Translations under genes and position numbers: made by a program
Assembly: GCA_030429145.1 (NCBI GenBank)
Contig: JAUIDC010000001.1
Location: 300,001 to 332,000 of the forward strand
Direction of reading: 5' to 3'
DNA: 32,000 nucleotides
Source: Candidatus Saccharimonadota bacterium
GTDB lineage: Bacteria > Patescibacteriota > Gracilibacteria > Absconditabacterales > Absconditicoccaceae
The notes under the pieces: generated by a model
Seen by the model: the letters and a program-made list of their open reading frames with translations, nothing else
The model's database searches: none
Told to the model about the DNA's origin: nothing
In this document: piece after piece, positions 18,013-32,000 of the stretch
How positions within the stretch are numbered: position 1 is the first letter of the stretch
How the letters are laid out: every line of letters begins with the position of its first letter

Positions 18013-18453
18013 CTACTCCTCTCTTGTCTTCAATGCGCGCTTAATATCACCTATCCTATATCATTTCTGCGATATCTTTGCGATAATATCGAAACCATCT
18101 AGTCCTTTTTTCTTTAATTTATCAATCTCTTTTTGGATACGAATGATGATCCCCTCATTGATATCCTCTTCCAGCTGACGATAAATCTTTTCCACGAGCT
18201 GCTTATCAACTCACTTCTGGATGAGTTTTTGCTTAATCGCATATGGCGGTTTTCATTTTTTCACTGCCTCTGACTGAAAATAAAGACGAGTAAATTGCTC
18301 ATCATTGACCCATTTCATTTGCTTCAGCCGTGCTATGGTATGATCTATCTCATCTTCATTATAGTGCTTGGTCAAAAGCTTCACTCTGAGCTCTTGCTCG
18401 GTTTTTGGATAACGATGAATATATTTGAGTGCGTAATCTTTACAAGATGCCAT
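18013..18453 (-). CDS. recX: RecX-like regulatory protein
   Basis: Track ORF 18253-18453 extended through TGA 18253, 18211 and 18061 to TAG 18013-18015. MASCKDYALKYIHRYPKTEQELRVKLLTKHYNEDEIDHTIARLKQMKWVNDEQFTRLYFQSEAVKK-G-KPPYAIKQKLIQK-G-VDKQLVEKIY... shows the repeated three-helix RecX pattern. 146 aa. Confidence 0.6.
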
Positions 18454-18595
18454 GAAAAAGTGTTGTATTATAAATATGTCGTGTCACATATAGTAATGAT
18501 TTTATAAGAGTTTTCCATGAGAAGAAACATCTTTATCTTGTAAAAGAGTAGAAATATCATATCCATTATTTAGATAGTTATTATTGGTTTTTTTG

Positions 18596-19141
18596 ATGTA
18601 CGTAGTGTTTCGCAAAAAAGTGGCATTTACCCTCATTGAGATGCTTATTGTCATAGTGATAATAGGCATTTTGGCGGCGGCGCTTGTGCCAAGACTTGCT
18701 GATATCCAGTGAAGAGCAAGAGATACAAAAAGAAAAGCAGATCTTAGTAGTATGGTAAATGCTCTCGAGATATATTTTGCCGATTACGGTAGTTATCCTT
18801 TGCAAGCAGACAACACATATAGAGCAAGCTACCAATCTCAACCATGGATAAGTGAGTTGTCTGGTATCATGACCTCTCTGCCTGTCGACCCTATAAACAA
18901 TGGCTTTGGATGATGGCCAGCAATATGAGCCACGGGACACAAATATTTGTATTCAAATGCACCGTCAACCACTAAAGTATATGCGCTCTCTTCACTCTTA
19001 GAGAATACGAAAGACCCAGAAAGATGCAGTCTCCAAACAGGAGCCCCTTACAAATACTTATGGAATGGCACTCGGATAAATCGATGTGGACAGTATAGCA
19101 GTGGCGTCTATGTTGTCTGACCATACAGATTCGGTCAGTAA
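18596..19141 (+). CDS. Type IV pilin / pseudopilin (181 aa), class III signal peptide
   Basis: Absent from the plus-strand track (four in-frame TGA). MYVVFRKKVA-FTLIEMLIVIVIIGILAAALVPRLADIQ-G-RARDTKRKADLSS... is a prepilin N-terminal methylation motif with Glu at +5. Two Cys near the C-terminus. Confidence 0.8.
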
Positions 19142-19186
19142 TAATTACAATTGTTTTCATAGCACACATACATACACTATGAAATA

Positions 19187-20620
19187 ATGCACGATAATTA
19201 CAAACAGCTTATTGAAAAGATACTTCCTGACCCTCACGAATGTGAGGAGTTTTTTGCATGTTATCATGAGATCCTTCCGAGAAGCATCAAGATTATCGAG
19301 CACAAGATCACTGCTGAGGAATTTATGTCATATACAAAATGATTGGGTTGGAAGCTACAACCCCCCGGTTTTAGTAGTGACAATGACAGTCGATATATCG
19401 AAAGAGAAGATGAGTCAGAAGCCTTGGGCAAACACTGGTTGCATGCCGATGGATTCTTCTATATCCAAGAGGTTGCAGCATCATTGGCTGTGCATGCCTT
19501 GGATATTCAGCCAGGAGACAAAGTGCTCGATATGTGCGCCGCACCGGGCGGGAAATCAGTTCAGATAGCTGACGAGCTTTTAACAGCCGGTGCGGCATCG
19601 CCCTGACTGGTCGTCAGCAATGAAGTGAGCGGCACAAGGATCGTAGCTCTGCAAAGCAATCTCAACAGAACCTGATCATACAATACAGCTGTCACTCAGC
19701 TCGACGGCGCACAGTTCGGCAACCTCACTCCCAATTTCTTTGACAAGGTACTTGTTGATGCTCCTTGCTCAGGAGAATGAACAGGATTCAAGTCTGACGC
19801 TGCAACTAAATGGCGAAGAGAAGAAAATGTCCAAAAGATAGCAAGGCTCCAATACTCTCTTCTGACATCGGCCATCAAAGCGTGTAAACCATGAGGCCAG
19901 CTCATCTATGCAACATGCACTCTCAATCCTTGGGAAAACGAGTGAGTGCTCGTTAAAGCACTCGAAGAATTTTCTGATATTATCACACTCGAGCCGGTCA
20001 ACCTACACGATAAATCCATCGGACTTACAACATTTGATGAAGAGCCTCTACTTACCAGTTCAGATGCTCAGAAAGTTGCTCGTTTCCGACCGCATCGCCA
20101 GCACACATGATGATTCTTTATAGCAAAATTGCACAAGCATCAAGAGACATCGGACAAAGCAAAGAAAGAAAAGAAACCTATCAAAAAAAACAAACTCGAT
20201 ATCTCCCCATGACTGCAAAAACAGATCACGAAAATGCTTGCTGACGACTTCGGCATCACCGTCGACCCCGACAAACATTTTTTTGCATCGACCAATAAAC
20301 AGGTCTATCTTCTTACCCCCCTCTACAAGGAGCTTGAAGAAATCTTATACGTGGAAAAAAGCGGCGTCCCTATTTTCAAACGACACAACCCCACCAATCT
20401 GCACCCTGTACACGGACTTGGCGTGACTCTTGGTCACTTAGCGACGAAGAACACCATACAATTGACACCCGAAGAGTGCCAAAAATACAGTGAAGGCTTT
20501 GATCTCACCACCAGCGCTGAGGTTTCAACGAAGCACAAATACGCTATTCTCAAACGAGAACACTATGGATTTTCTGTCGGGAAAGTGGTGTGAACTACCT
20601 TAAAAAATAAGTTTCAGAAA
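19187..20620 (+). CDS. rsmF: NOL1/NOP2/Sun-family rRNA m5C methyltransferase, RsmF-like architecture
   Basis: Joins track ORFs 19343-19606 and 20234-20593 to the ATG at 19187, with ten in-frame TGA. SAM motif [10 protein letters not shown], catalytic DAPCSGE-G-TGF (TGA 19778-19780), [21 protein letters not shown] (tandem TGA 20108-20113). 477 aa, TAG at 20618-20620. Confidence 0.85.
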
Positions 20621-20636
20621 TAGATTCAATTCGTGA

Positions 20637-21815
20637 TTAATAGTTCGACTTTATATTAAATGTCGTTTGTAGGTCGTAGAAAATATTTCCTAGAACAAGC
20701 GTGCTACCAAGTTTTGTCAGCCATGAAGGCGCATAGAGGTGGGTAGAAACGAACAGTTTGATGTGTGGATTAATTTGCATGTCATTTTCCGACCAGGCGT
20801 AGACAGGATCCTTTATTGGATAGATCTCCATTCTCCAGTTGCTCACAGTAATGTCTCCTCCAAAAAGATTAACCCATCAGTCATTTTCATCAGCTGGCAA
20901 GTTATATCCGCTATAAATAGCCGGATTCACGCCGGTACCGTTACAGATAAACCCCTTCTCGTAGTCACATGCTCGCGTGTCGGTGTAGCCATCATACATG
21001 TAGAGATTTTCCGAATCTCCTGCATCAAACGAGTGCTTTGCACCAGCATCAAACCCCCTTAGCTGAAGCATCTGTACTACATAGAGTTTCTCGTAGTCTT
21101 GATATGTACCATTGTTATTGACGTCTGTCTGCTCCACCAACTTTCTTCTCAGCAATAGCCTTGATTTTTTATCTTTCGAGATCAGATACAGCTCAGGGAT
21201 ATTCTGATTGTCAGCAATAGCTACAGGTCATTTTCCGACATCGGTATCATCGTCATCACCAATAGGTGATGCAGTTTCATCAGCATTGTCTTTCACATCG
21301 ACAAACTGTCGTCTGTATTCACCGAATGATTGTGGTTCACCTGCAACCACACAGCCTGCCCCAGATGCTACGTCAGCATTCTCATTGACGAATGATTGTG
21401 TACTGTCACTCGAGTATGGATCCACGCTCGAACAGCGATACGGGATATGCCACCCACTATTGGTAAAAGAACTACCCCATGTCTGTAGTGTATTGAGGGT
21501 ATTTTGATTTCCATATGCAGAAAAAAGAGAACAATATCCTGTTGTCCCCTGAGACCAGCCAGTCATCAAACCTGCTGAGGTACAACCGTACATTCTCCTA
21601 TTGAAATATTCTTCATAGTCTATGGTATAATCTCTCAATAATATATTGAGTTTTTCTACCATCGTATAGGTAGTGGTCAACAAATAACTTCTCGCATCAA
21701 ACTCTCTTTTCACATTGATCATCCTTGTATAGATGGTCATCACTGCAGAAAAAAGCAATCAAAAAATCACGAGCGCCACAACCATTTCCAGAACCGTAAA
21801 TGCTTTTCTTTTCAT
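20637..21815 (-). CDS. Large pseudopilin / minor-pilin-like protein (392 aa)
   Basis: Joins track ORFs 21228-21758, 20877-21155 and 20637-20846 and the N-terminus MKRKA-FTVLEMVVALVIF-G-LLFSAVMTIYTRM (TGA 21759-21761 inside the hydrophobic helix). Prepilin-type N-terminus with Glu at +5. Confidence 0.75.
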
Positions 21816-21859
21816 AGATACAAAAACTATACAAACACAAACTATATGACGAAACACTC

Positions 21860-21888
21860 TTGTAATTGCAAGTTCTTTTTACTATAAG
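21860..21888 (+). promoter_or_regulatory. Predicted sigma70-type promoter of clpP
   Basis: TTGTAA (21860-21865), 17-nt spacer, TATAAG (21883-21888), 33 nt upstream of the ATG at 21921. Confidence 0.3.
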
Positions 21889-21920
21889 TAGTGCATATTT
21901 ACTCTTTTTATGCAGTTCGT

Positions 21921-22529
21921 ATGACACTTATCCCTACTATCATTGATAAAACGCCACAGGGAGAGAGAGCCTATGATATCTACTCTCGCCTCCTTGAGGA
22001 TAGAATTATTTTCGTGAGTGAACCTATTACAGATCACCTAGCTTCGACAGTGATTGCTCAGCTCCTCTATCTTGAAAAAAAAGATCCAGACAAAGATATC
22101 ATCATGTATATAAACTCTCCGGGAGGAAGCATCACTGCAGGTATGGCGATCTATGATACGATGCAGTTTGTGCACTGTGATATTCAGACGGTCTGTGTGG
22201 GTATCGCTGCAAGTATGGGAAGTATCCTGCTTATGGGAGGACACAAAGGCAAAAGATTTATCCTCCCAAATGGAGAAGTTCTCATCCATCAGCCGCTTAT
22301 CCAAGGTGGCGTTGGTGGCCAAGCGACAGAAATTGAACTAATCGCAAAACAGATGGTTAAAACGAGAGAAAGACTGAACCATGTGATCGTAAAACACACA
22401 GGTCAGCCTTTCGAAAAGGTAGAGAAAGATACAGATAGAGACTACTGGATGATCGCTGAAGAAGCGGTCGAATACGGCATTATCGACAAGATAATTACCG
22501 AAAGACCAAATACTAAAAAGAAAAAGTAA
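21921..22529 (+). CDS. clpP: ATP-dependent Clp protease proteolytic subunit
   Basis: [31 protein letters not shown]... Catalytic Ser in GIAASMGS, His in LIHQP, Asp in DTDRDYWM. Start trimmed from track ORF 21891 (GTG) to the canonical N-terminus. Confidence 0.95.
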   Translation: MTLIPTIIDKTPQGERAYDIYSRLLEDRIIFVSEPITDHLASTVIAQLLYLEKKDPDKDIIMYINSPGGSITAGMAIYDTMQFVHCDIQTVCVGIAASMGSILLMGGHKGKRFILPNGEVLIHQPLIQGGVGGQATEIELIAKQMVKTRERLNHVIVKHTGQPFEKVEKDTDRDYWMIAEEAVEYGIIDKIITERPNTKKKK

Positions 22530-22654
22530 TTACCCTCGGATAACAGAACAAATGCCAGCCACTCCAAGAACGAAAAGCGATCCGTAAATCATGAACATTG
22601 TCTTCATGGTTGTACGCATAAGAAATAAACAATAAAATTATCATATATTAATTA

Positions 22655-22687
22655 AAAAATCTGTCAATTTTTAAGACAGATTTTTTG
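22655..22687. terminator. Bidirectional hairpin terminator between clpP and the convergent pilin gene
   Basis: AAAAATCTGTC / GACAGATTTTT stem with a 9-nt loop. A-run 5' and T-run 3'. Confidence 0.6.
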
Positions 22688-22718
22688 TATCTAGTAGATG
22701 TCTTTATTCAAGAAAGAA

Positions 22719-23417
22719 CTAGTAGAGCATGTCACCTCTGTAAAAGAGGCGCAGAAAAAGCTTACCACTACTATCCAACCCTTGAGCAAGCTCATTTTGT
22801 ATATTAAGATAGGCGTTATACTTTCCGTATGCTCACCATTGTCACCACTCATAGTAGTTATTGCTCCAGAAACACGCATGATATGCTCATGTCCCCTCTA
22901 CTCCTCCATACGAGTTTATTGAACCATCATTTTCCATCTGTGCTCCTACCCATGCGTAGTCGCAGTTTCCATAGGTAGCACAGCTAGCATACATATACCC
23001 ATGAAATGCCATGCTATAATAGTAACGATGCGCACCCGTTCCATAAACAGACTCTACGTCGTAAAATCACGAACTCGTGTACCCGCCAGCTAGAAGCGGA
23101 TCTGTTCCTCGTCACCCTGTCCAAAATGCACATGGATGTCTTGCAGAAACTTGTGGATCACTTGGAATAGTCGTCATAATATTCCCCGTCTGCAGGAAAG
23201 CCAAACTTCTCGGATAGTCCGCATGATCTGTGTAGTATATCCTTATACCATTGGTCAGAGTCGTTATATCTGCCTTCCTTTTTACATTACGCGCTCTACT
23301 CTGAATATCTGTCAGTCTTGGCACGAGAGCTGCGGCCAAAATACCGATAATCACGATGACTATCAGCATTTCGATCAGCGTAAATGATTTTCGTTTTTGT
23401 AAACGACTATAAGACAT
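22719..23417 (-). CDS. Type IV pilin (232 aa), paralog of the 18596 pilin
   Basis: Track ORF 23112-23417 extended through TGA 23112, 23067, 22887, 22842 and 22833 to TAG 22719-22721 (codon by codon). MSYSRLQKRKS-FTLIEMLIVIVIIGILAAALVPRLTDIQSRARNVKRKADITT... The C-terminal half is Gly/Tyr/aromatic-rich with four Cys. Confidence 0.8.
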
Positions 23418-23437
23418 AACTATGGGCGAATGAAAAT

Positions 23438-23932
23438 TTAATCGTCTTCTCTTGTTTTAATCAACAATGGATAATGAATTGCAAAGAGGATAAGCGCTAT
23501 AGAACCCCAAACGAGACCTCCTATCACGTTCTGTTTTGTCTCATAGCTTCTTTCTGCGATAGCATTTGTTCTTGCTTTCTCCTCACACGCAGCTACTTCC
23601 TCCTGTGTTGGCATAGCAGGCTCCTCACCTTCTCTCGCCATAGAGTATTTCGGCTGCTCGCACACATCAAGCTGGTATCTTACACCTCTACCCGTCAAAT
23701 ACTCATCATCTGAGATAACAGCAGACTGAATACCAGCATAAATAGCAACTCCATAACCGATTGCCATACCGATAACACCTACAAGTGAAATCACAGTAAG
23801 ATAGAGCTTCAATAGACTAAGTTTGTTTTTCATGAATAACCAAATAATAAAGGTAAAAACTATCAATAGAATCATCCCGGGTATCGCCGGCGTATCAAAT
23901 ATCATGTCTTCAATGTATATATAATAAAACAA
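23438..23932 (-). CDS. Hypothetical membrane protein (up to 164 aa)
   Basis: Three hydrophobic spans and a central acidic, Cys-containing loop. No in-frame TGA. The true start may be the internal MIFDTPAIPG. Confidence 0.6.
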   Translation of the reverse strand: MFYYIYIEDMIFDTPAIPGMILLIVFTFIIWLFMKNKLSLLKLYLTVISLVGVIGMAIGYGVAIYAGIQSAVISDDEYLTGRGVRYQLDVCEQPKYSMAREGEEPAMPTQEEVAACEEKARTNAIAERSYETKQNVIGGLVWGSIALILFAIHYPLLIKTREDD

Positions 23933-23949
23933 ATAACAATCCCATTATA

Positions 23950-24462
23950 TTATTCTCCAAACAATCATACCTGACCACGCACTTTTTCTCTTATGTTCTT
24001 TTCATTTACCGGTAGAACTATCTTAGGCTGCTTCGCAGCCGCACTACGTGCCAACTTATCTACTCTATTATTGAGCTCGTCATCTGCATGTCACTTTACC
24101 CAATGTCGCTCCAATGTGAAGAGAGGCAATAGCTCATTGAGCTTCTCCCAGAGATCTCTGTTTGCAACTGGCTTTTTATTTGCCAGTCTTCGTCCTCTCT
24201 GTATTCGATATTTCAATCTTTCTACTCCCTCTTTTACATATTTACTATCCAAATGTATATGAATATTTTCATTCGGCGCTCCTTTTTCTTTGAGATAGTG
24301 CAATCATTCGATAACAGCCATAAGCTCCATTCTATTATTTGTCGTCAACGGCTCTCCTCCAGAAATCGACTTTCTCTTTCCTTCAGCAATTATCAAAGCT
24401 CCTCGTCATCACTGACCAGGGTTTCCCAAACTACTTCCATCTGTATAGATCTGTATCTTCAC
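23950..24462 (-). CDS. rnhA: Ribonuclease HI
   Basis: GTG start at 24462. [59 protein letters not shown]...[23 protein letters not shown]. Tandem TGA at 24406-24411. 170 aa, TAA at 23950-23952. Confidence 0.85.
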
Positions 24463-24643
24463 TAATTTCGTAGTTACCTTGTAAACTGCTTCACAATATA
24501 TACATATAAAACTAATAAACAACTCATATCATCCTTTAACTACGAGCTGTGTGGTATAGGTCATATCCGGCATGTGGTATTACTATTTGTAAATAGTCAT
24601 ACCGAAAATCTCTATAGTTCTACCAGCAACACACACCCATCTC

Positions 24644-25453
24644 ATGCATTATATTCTTCTCATCCTTATTAATTTACTTGCTCTTAACTTCTGGCTTTGG
24701 CTCTTTCAAAGCATCTTTCATCGAAAACAACACAAGCTTTTTCTCTTTTCAGTCGTCCTAATTATGGGGGTAATCAGCGCAGGATCTCTGCTCCTCTACC
24801 CAACACTTCTTCGTTATTTTCCTGTGGAGACATTTACCGCCGTCACATTAACACGACAGAACATCGCTTTCTTGATAGGCTACGTAGGCATCATTTGACT
24901 AATCTTACTCGTTCTCGGAAGGAGAGCGACTCTCACACACAAAGTAGTCATTCGGCTCCTTGCTTTCGGAGGACTCGCTACTTGAGTTGCTCTTTGATAT
25001 CTTACTCTACCAGTCTGAGTTGCACTTTATTTTCTCTGTATCGCCTGAGCAGAAGAGTTTCTCAAGCTTAGCGTCTGACAAAGTTTCTTCTCCCAATACA
25101 AGATCAGCAAGAAAGATTTACTGCTCTTTGCGATACTCTCTGCCATTGGATTTTCACTCATAGAAAATGTTATCTATCTCTTTACCAATCCAAATATCGG
25201 TCTTGCTGTTTCGAGAAGTCTCACCACAGTCATGATGCACATCATTTTCACTGGAAGCATCGCCTATCTTATCTCTACTCGCCAACACAAATGACGATAT
25301 GTCGTCGCATTTCTCCTGGGAATGGCACTACACCGATCATACAATACTTTCGTGAATTATAATAACTCATGGTTTACAGCTCTATTGATACTATGAGGTT
25401 ATTTTGTAGTAAGTTATTTCTTGTATAAGAGTGATAGATTATATTTGAAATAA
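24644..25453 (+). CDS. PrsW/CPBP-like intramembrane metalloprotease (269 aa)
   Basis: Track ORF 24644-24898 extended through eight TGA to TAA 25451-25453. Polytopic, with motifs AEEFLKL (EExxK), FSLIENVIY, MMHIIFTG and ALHRSYN (HxxxN). Family call is from motifs only. Confidence 0.6.
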
Positions 25454-25470
25454 AAAAATGTCCCAGCAAA

Positions 25471-25944
25471 CTAGGACATAATTCTTTTTCGAAAGAAGCA
25501 TTGTACTACCAACCTATAATACTCTCTAGATATATTTATAAGGACAAATATTCCTATCAAAGCTATGAGAGCGATAATAATCAAGCCTACCTCAGTAGAA
25601 CCAGATTGAGACATGTTTTTATACTGGTCAGGATCAAACACTGATTTACCATAACTAATCAAGAAAGGAGTAGCAATTGCAAGAACCGGCATAAAGAAAG
25701 TGTAACTATTATACTCTATACTACACTCAAACTGCACTCTCGTTGGATCTGACCAATCATTTTTTCTCATAACTAGTGACTCAATCAAAGCAATTAATAG
25801 ATTAAGACCAATGAGATATGGCAGATATTGAAATGCTGAATACCAGTTAGCAAAAATTACAGTATAAAGTAGTATTAATAGGTAGCCTGTGGTCACGCGG
25901 ACAAATCTCATTCTTTGTTGTTTTGATGTTTCTTCTTGTTTCAT
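25471..25944 (-). CDS. Hypothetical polytopic membrane protein (157 aa)
   Basis: Intact ORF with about four hydrophobic spans. No family recognised. Confidence 0.6.
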   Translation of the reverse strand: MKQEETSKQQRMRFVRVTTGYLLILLYTVIFANWYSAFQYLPYLIGLNLLIALIESLVMRKNDWSDPTRVQFECSIEYNSYTFFMPVLAIATPFLISYGKSVFDPDQYKNMSQSGSTEVGLIIIALIALIGIFVLINISREYYRLVVQCFFRKRIMS

Positions 25945-26033
25945 TACATTGTGATTTATGTTTATCTGTATATTGTAATCCTATTATTTAATAAGTCAAC
26001 AACAATTAATTAACCAATTATTTCTCTATACAG

Positions 26034-26056
26034 AAAAAACCCGCATTATAGCGGGT
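26034..26056 (-). terminator. Rho-independent terminator ending the rRNA operon
   Basis: Minus strand ACCCGC-TATAAT-GCGGGT followed by T6, about 140 nt downstream of the 16S 3' end. Confidence 0.7.
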
Positions 26057-26195
26057 CTTTTCATGTATCGTATAAGGATATATGAACATTTGGACTAATA
26101 GTATAGCAAAGAGACTAGTCAGAATAAGTTTGGGTTCTCTATGAAAGAGATGATTCTACCTCGATTGGTAGGTTTAATTAATTTATTCCTAATGT

Positions 26196-27681
<1,486 letters not shown>

Positions 27682-27772
27682 ATAAAAAATCCTGACTAAG
27701 TCTCTTTGCTATTCTATCAGCTATTAATGTTCATCATCAGCTTACGCTGACGAGCAGGCTATACCTACTAAA

Positions 27773-27888
27773 GGTGGCATCAATCTACTTTCCCAGGGCC
27801 ATTGACCCAAGTATCATTGACCGGATAAGGCTTAACTTCTGTGTTCGGAACGGGAACAGGTGTTTCCCTCATCCGCATCGATACCACC
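27773..27888 (-). rRNA. rrf: 5S ribosomal RNA
   Basis: RC reads GGTGGTATCGATGCGGATGAGGGAAACACCTGTTCCCGTTCCGAACACAGAAGTTAAGCC...CCTGGGAAAGTAGATTGATGCCACC. The terminal helix closes the molecule. Confidence 0.9.
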
Positions 27889-27946
27889 ATTGGTAGACAT
27901 AACTACTAATCCCATAGTGCAGACAAACATATCATATTTTTAAAAG

Positions 27947-30896
<2,950 letters not shown>

Positions 30897-31077
30897 GTCT
30901 TTTAAAAATATGATACGTTTATCTGTTAATGGTCCACATCTGCATCGCTAACATTCTAAAGCATAGAAAAGTCAGACACCCCTATATCTATTGCTAGGTA
31001 GAGAGGCCATCTGACCTTGTTCTCGTTAAAGAAAATCCTACGATTTATCTTGTTAGTTTTCTCGAGCAGTGACTACG

Positions 31078-31105
31078 AGTATAGAGAACCCCACTGCCAT
31101 TTCAA
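31078..31105 (-). promoter_or_regulatory. Predicted sigma70-type promoter of the rRNA operon
   Basis: Minus strand TTGAAA (31100-31105), 16-nt spacer, TATACT (31078-31083), about 180 nt upstream of the 23S 5' end. Confidence 0.35.
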
Positions 31106-31278
31106 GAGATTTTTTGACTTTTTTCATACCACGTAAACAAGCCTCCCACCTAAACGCTCGAGTTTTGACCATACTTTTGTGAAAAAAATGTTGAGAGTTT
31201 TTACTCTGCACCTAGGGTCTTTTCGATGTGAAAATGTTTTTATTGCAATTGCAGCGCGAGTTTATACTCTCACTAACA

Positions 31279-32000
31279 ATGATGACAAAAAAAACAGCCT
31301 TCGTACACGACCGAATAGCACAGGAGTGAGGCGCTGAATCAGTACTCAGACATCTCATCACTCAGGACCGTCACGACGAGTGAACTCTTTTTGTATTCTA
31401 CAGCAAACAGACGCGGCGAAAGGTAAACGACAAAACATACCGCATCGTTACAGCTCTTCCGCGCTGGCTCAACAACTGGTTCATCACCTGCAACACGAGA
31501 AAGTTTTTCCTACTCTCTACGCTATTCGATTATAGAAACCTTATGTTTTGGTTTCCTCTCCTCACTCGAATACTTTCACGCAAGATAAAAAAATACAAAC
31601 CTGATCATATTATTATCTCATCATTTGCTGCTGCAAAAAATATCAATACATCTATCGCACCAACAACGCTCTATCTCCACTCACCGATGCAATACATCTG
31701 GGAGAACTACTACGACAACCTTCATAAACTTCGCTTCCCTATCAAGCAGCTCTATCAGTTTGCTGCACAATATCTGCGTCCTTGGGACAAGAAAAAAAGA
31801 CAGTACAACACCGTTCTCTTCAATAGTGAATACACACAATCTATTGCAGAAAAACTCTATGACATGTCATGAGAAGTACAATATCCGCCGGTCGATAAAG
31901 TGTTCGATGGATGATATTCGCCCGCAGTATGACATCAGTATTTTATTTTTGTATGAAGAGTGGTAAGGTACGTGAGAGAGATAGATAAGATTATTATGTT
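31279..32000 (+). CDS. GT4-family (GT-B) glycosyltransferase, 5' partial (runs off the window)
   Basis: Joins track ORF 31543-31872 to the ATG at 31279 through TGA codons. MMTKKTAFVHDRIAQE-G-GAESVLRHL... is the typical HD..x..GGAE opening, and ...YFIFV-G-RVVRYVREIDKII is the typical F.GR...K motif of the C-terminal Rossmann half. Confidence 0.8.

Noticed and set aside
22530-22619. 29-codon hydrophobic minus-strand ORF (MRTTMKTMFMIYGSLFVLGVAGICSVIRG) abutting the clpP stop
   Set aside because: Too short to support from sequence alone. It could be a chance ORF in the clpP 3' region, so I did not list it as a feature.
3587-24462. Reading the many split genes (rpsD, rpsK, infA, pilB, pilC, rsmF, rnhA and others) as pseudogenes of a decaying genome
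   Set aside because: The only interrupting codon is TGA. It falls on conserved Gly positions, frames never shift, essential single-copy genes are affected, and a matching tRNA(UCA) is present.

Overview
AT-rich bacterial window that only reads correctly under genetic code 25 (UGA = Gly). By hand count, about 80 in-frame TGA codons split roughly 25 genes into the fragments shown in the standard-code ORF track. Where an ortholog can be recalled, these TGAs fall on invariant Gly positions (S4, S11, IF-1, L21, IF-3, PilB, PilC, RsmF, RNase HI, a GT4 glycosyltransferase). A tRNA with anticodon UCA and glycine identity elements lies at 11442-11515. Together this points to a Candidatus Gracilibacteria (BD1-5) or Absconditabacteria (SR1) type CPR/Patescibacteria genome. 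I re-stitched the genes by hand. RNA ends are good to a few nt. Content in order: (1) a cold-shock protein. (2) A long minus-strand translation-gene cluster: tRNA-Arg, tRNA-Glu, infC-rpmI-rplT, tRNA-Leu, a small ORF, rplU-infA-rpmJ-rpsM-rpsK-rpsD-rpoA-rplQ-rplM-rpsI. (3) A front-end type fatty-acid desaturase. (4) A tRNA-rich islet (Ala, Tyr, Gly-UCA) interleaved with small ORFs. (5) A type IV pilus-like operon (pilB, pilC) embedded among three large unrecognisable bitopic membrane proteins, preceded by recX. (6) Two paralogous pilins plus a 392-aa pseudopilin, interspersed with rsmF, clpP, rnhA and a PrsW/CPBP-like protease. (7) An rRNA operon on the minus strand in the order 23S-5S-16S. (8) The 5' part of a GT4 glycosyltransferase. 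I found no CRISPR array, transposase or integrase. Main second-look items: the recoding and its tRNA, the permuted rRNA operon, the altered anti-Shine-Dalgarno tail, the non-canonical pilus gene set (pilins without Gly at -1), and a GC3-rich foreign-looking small ORF between tRNA-Glu and infC.
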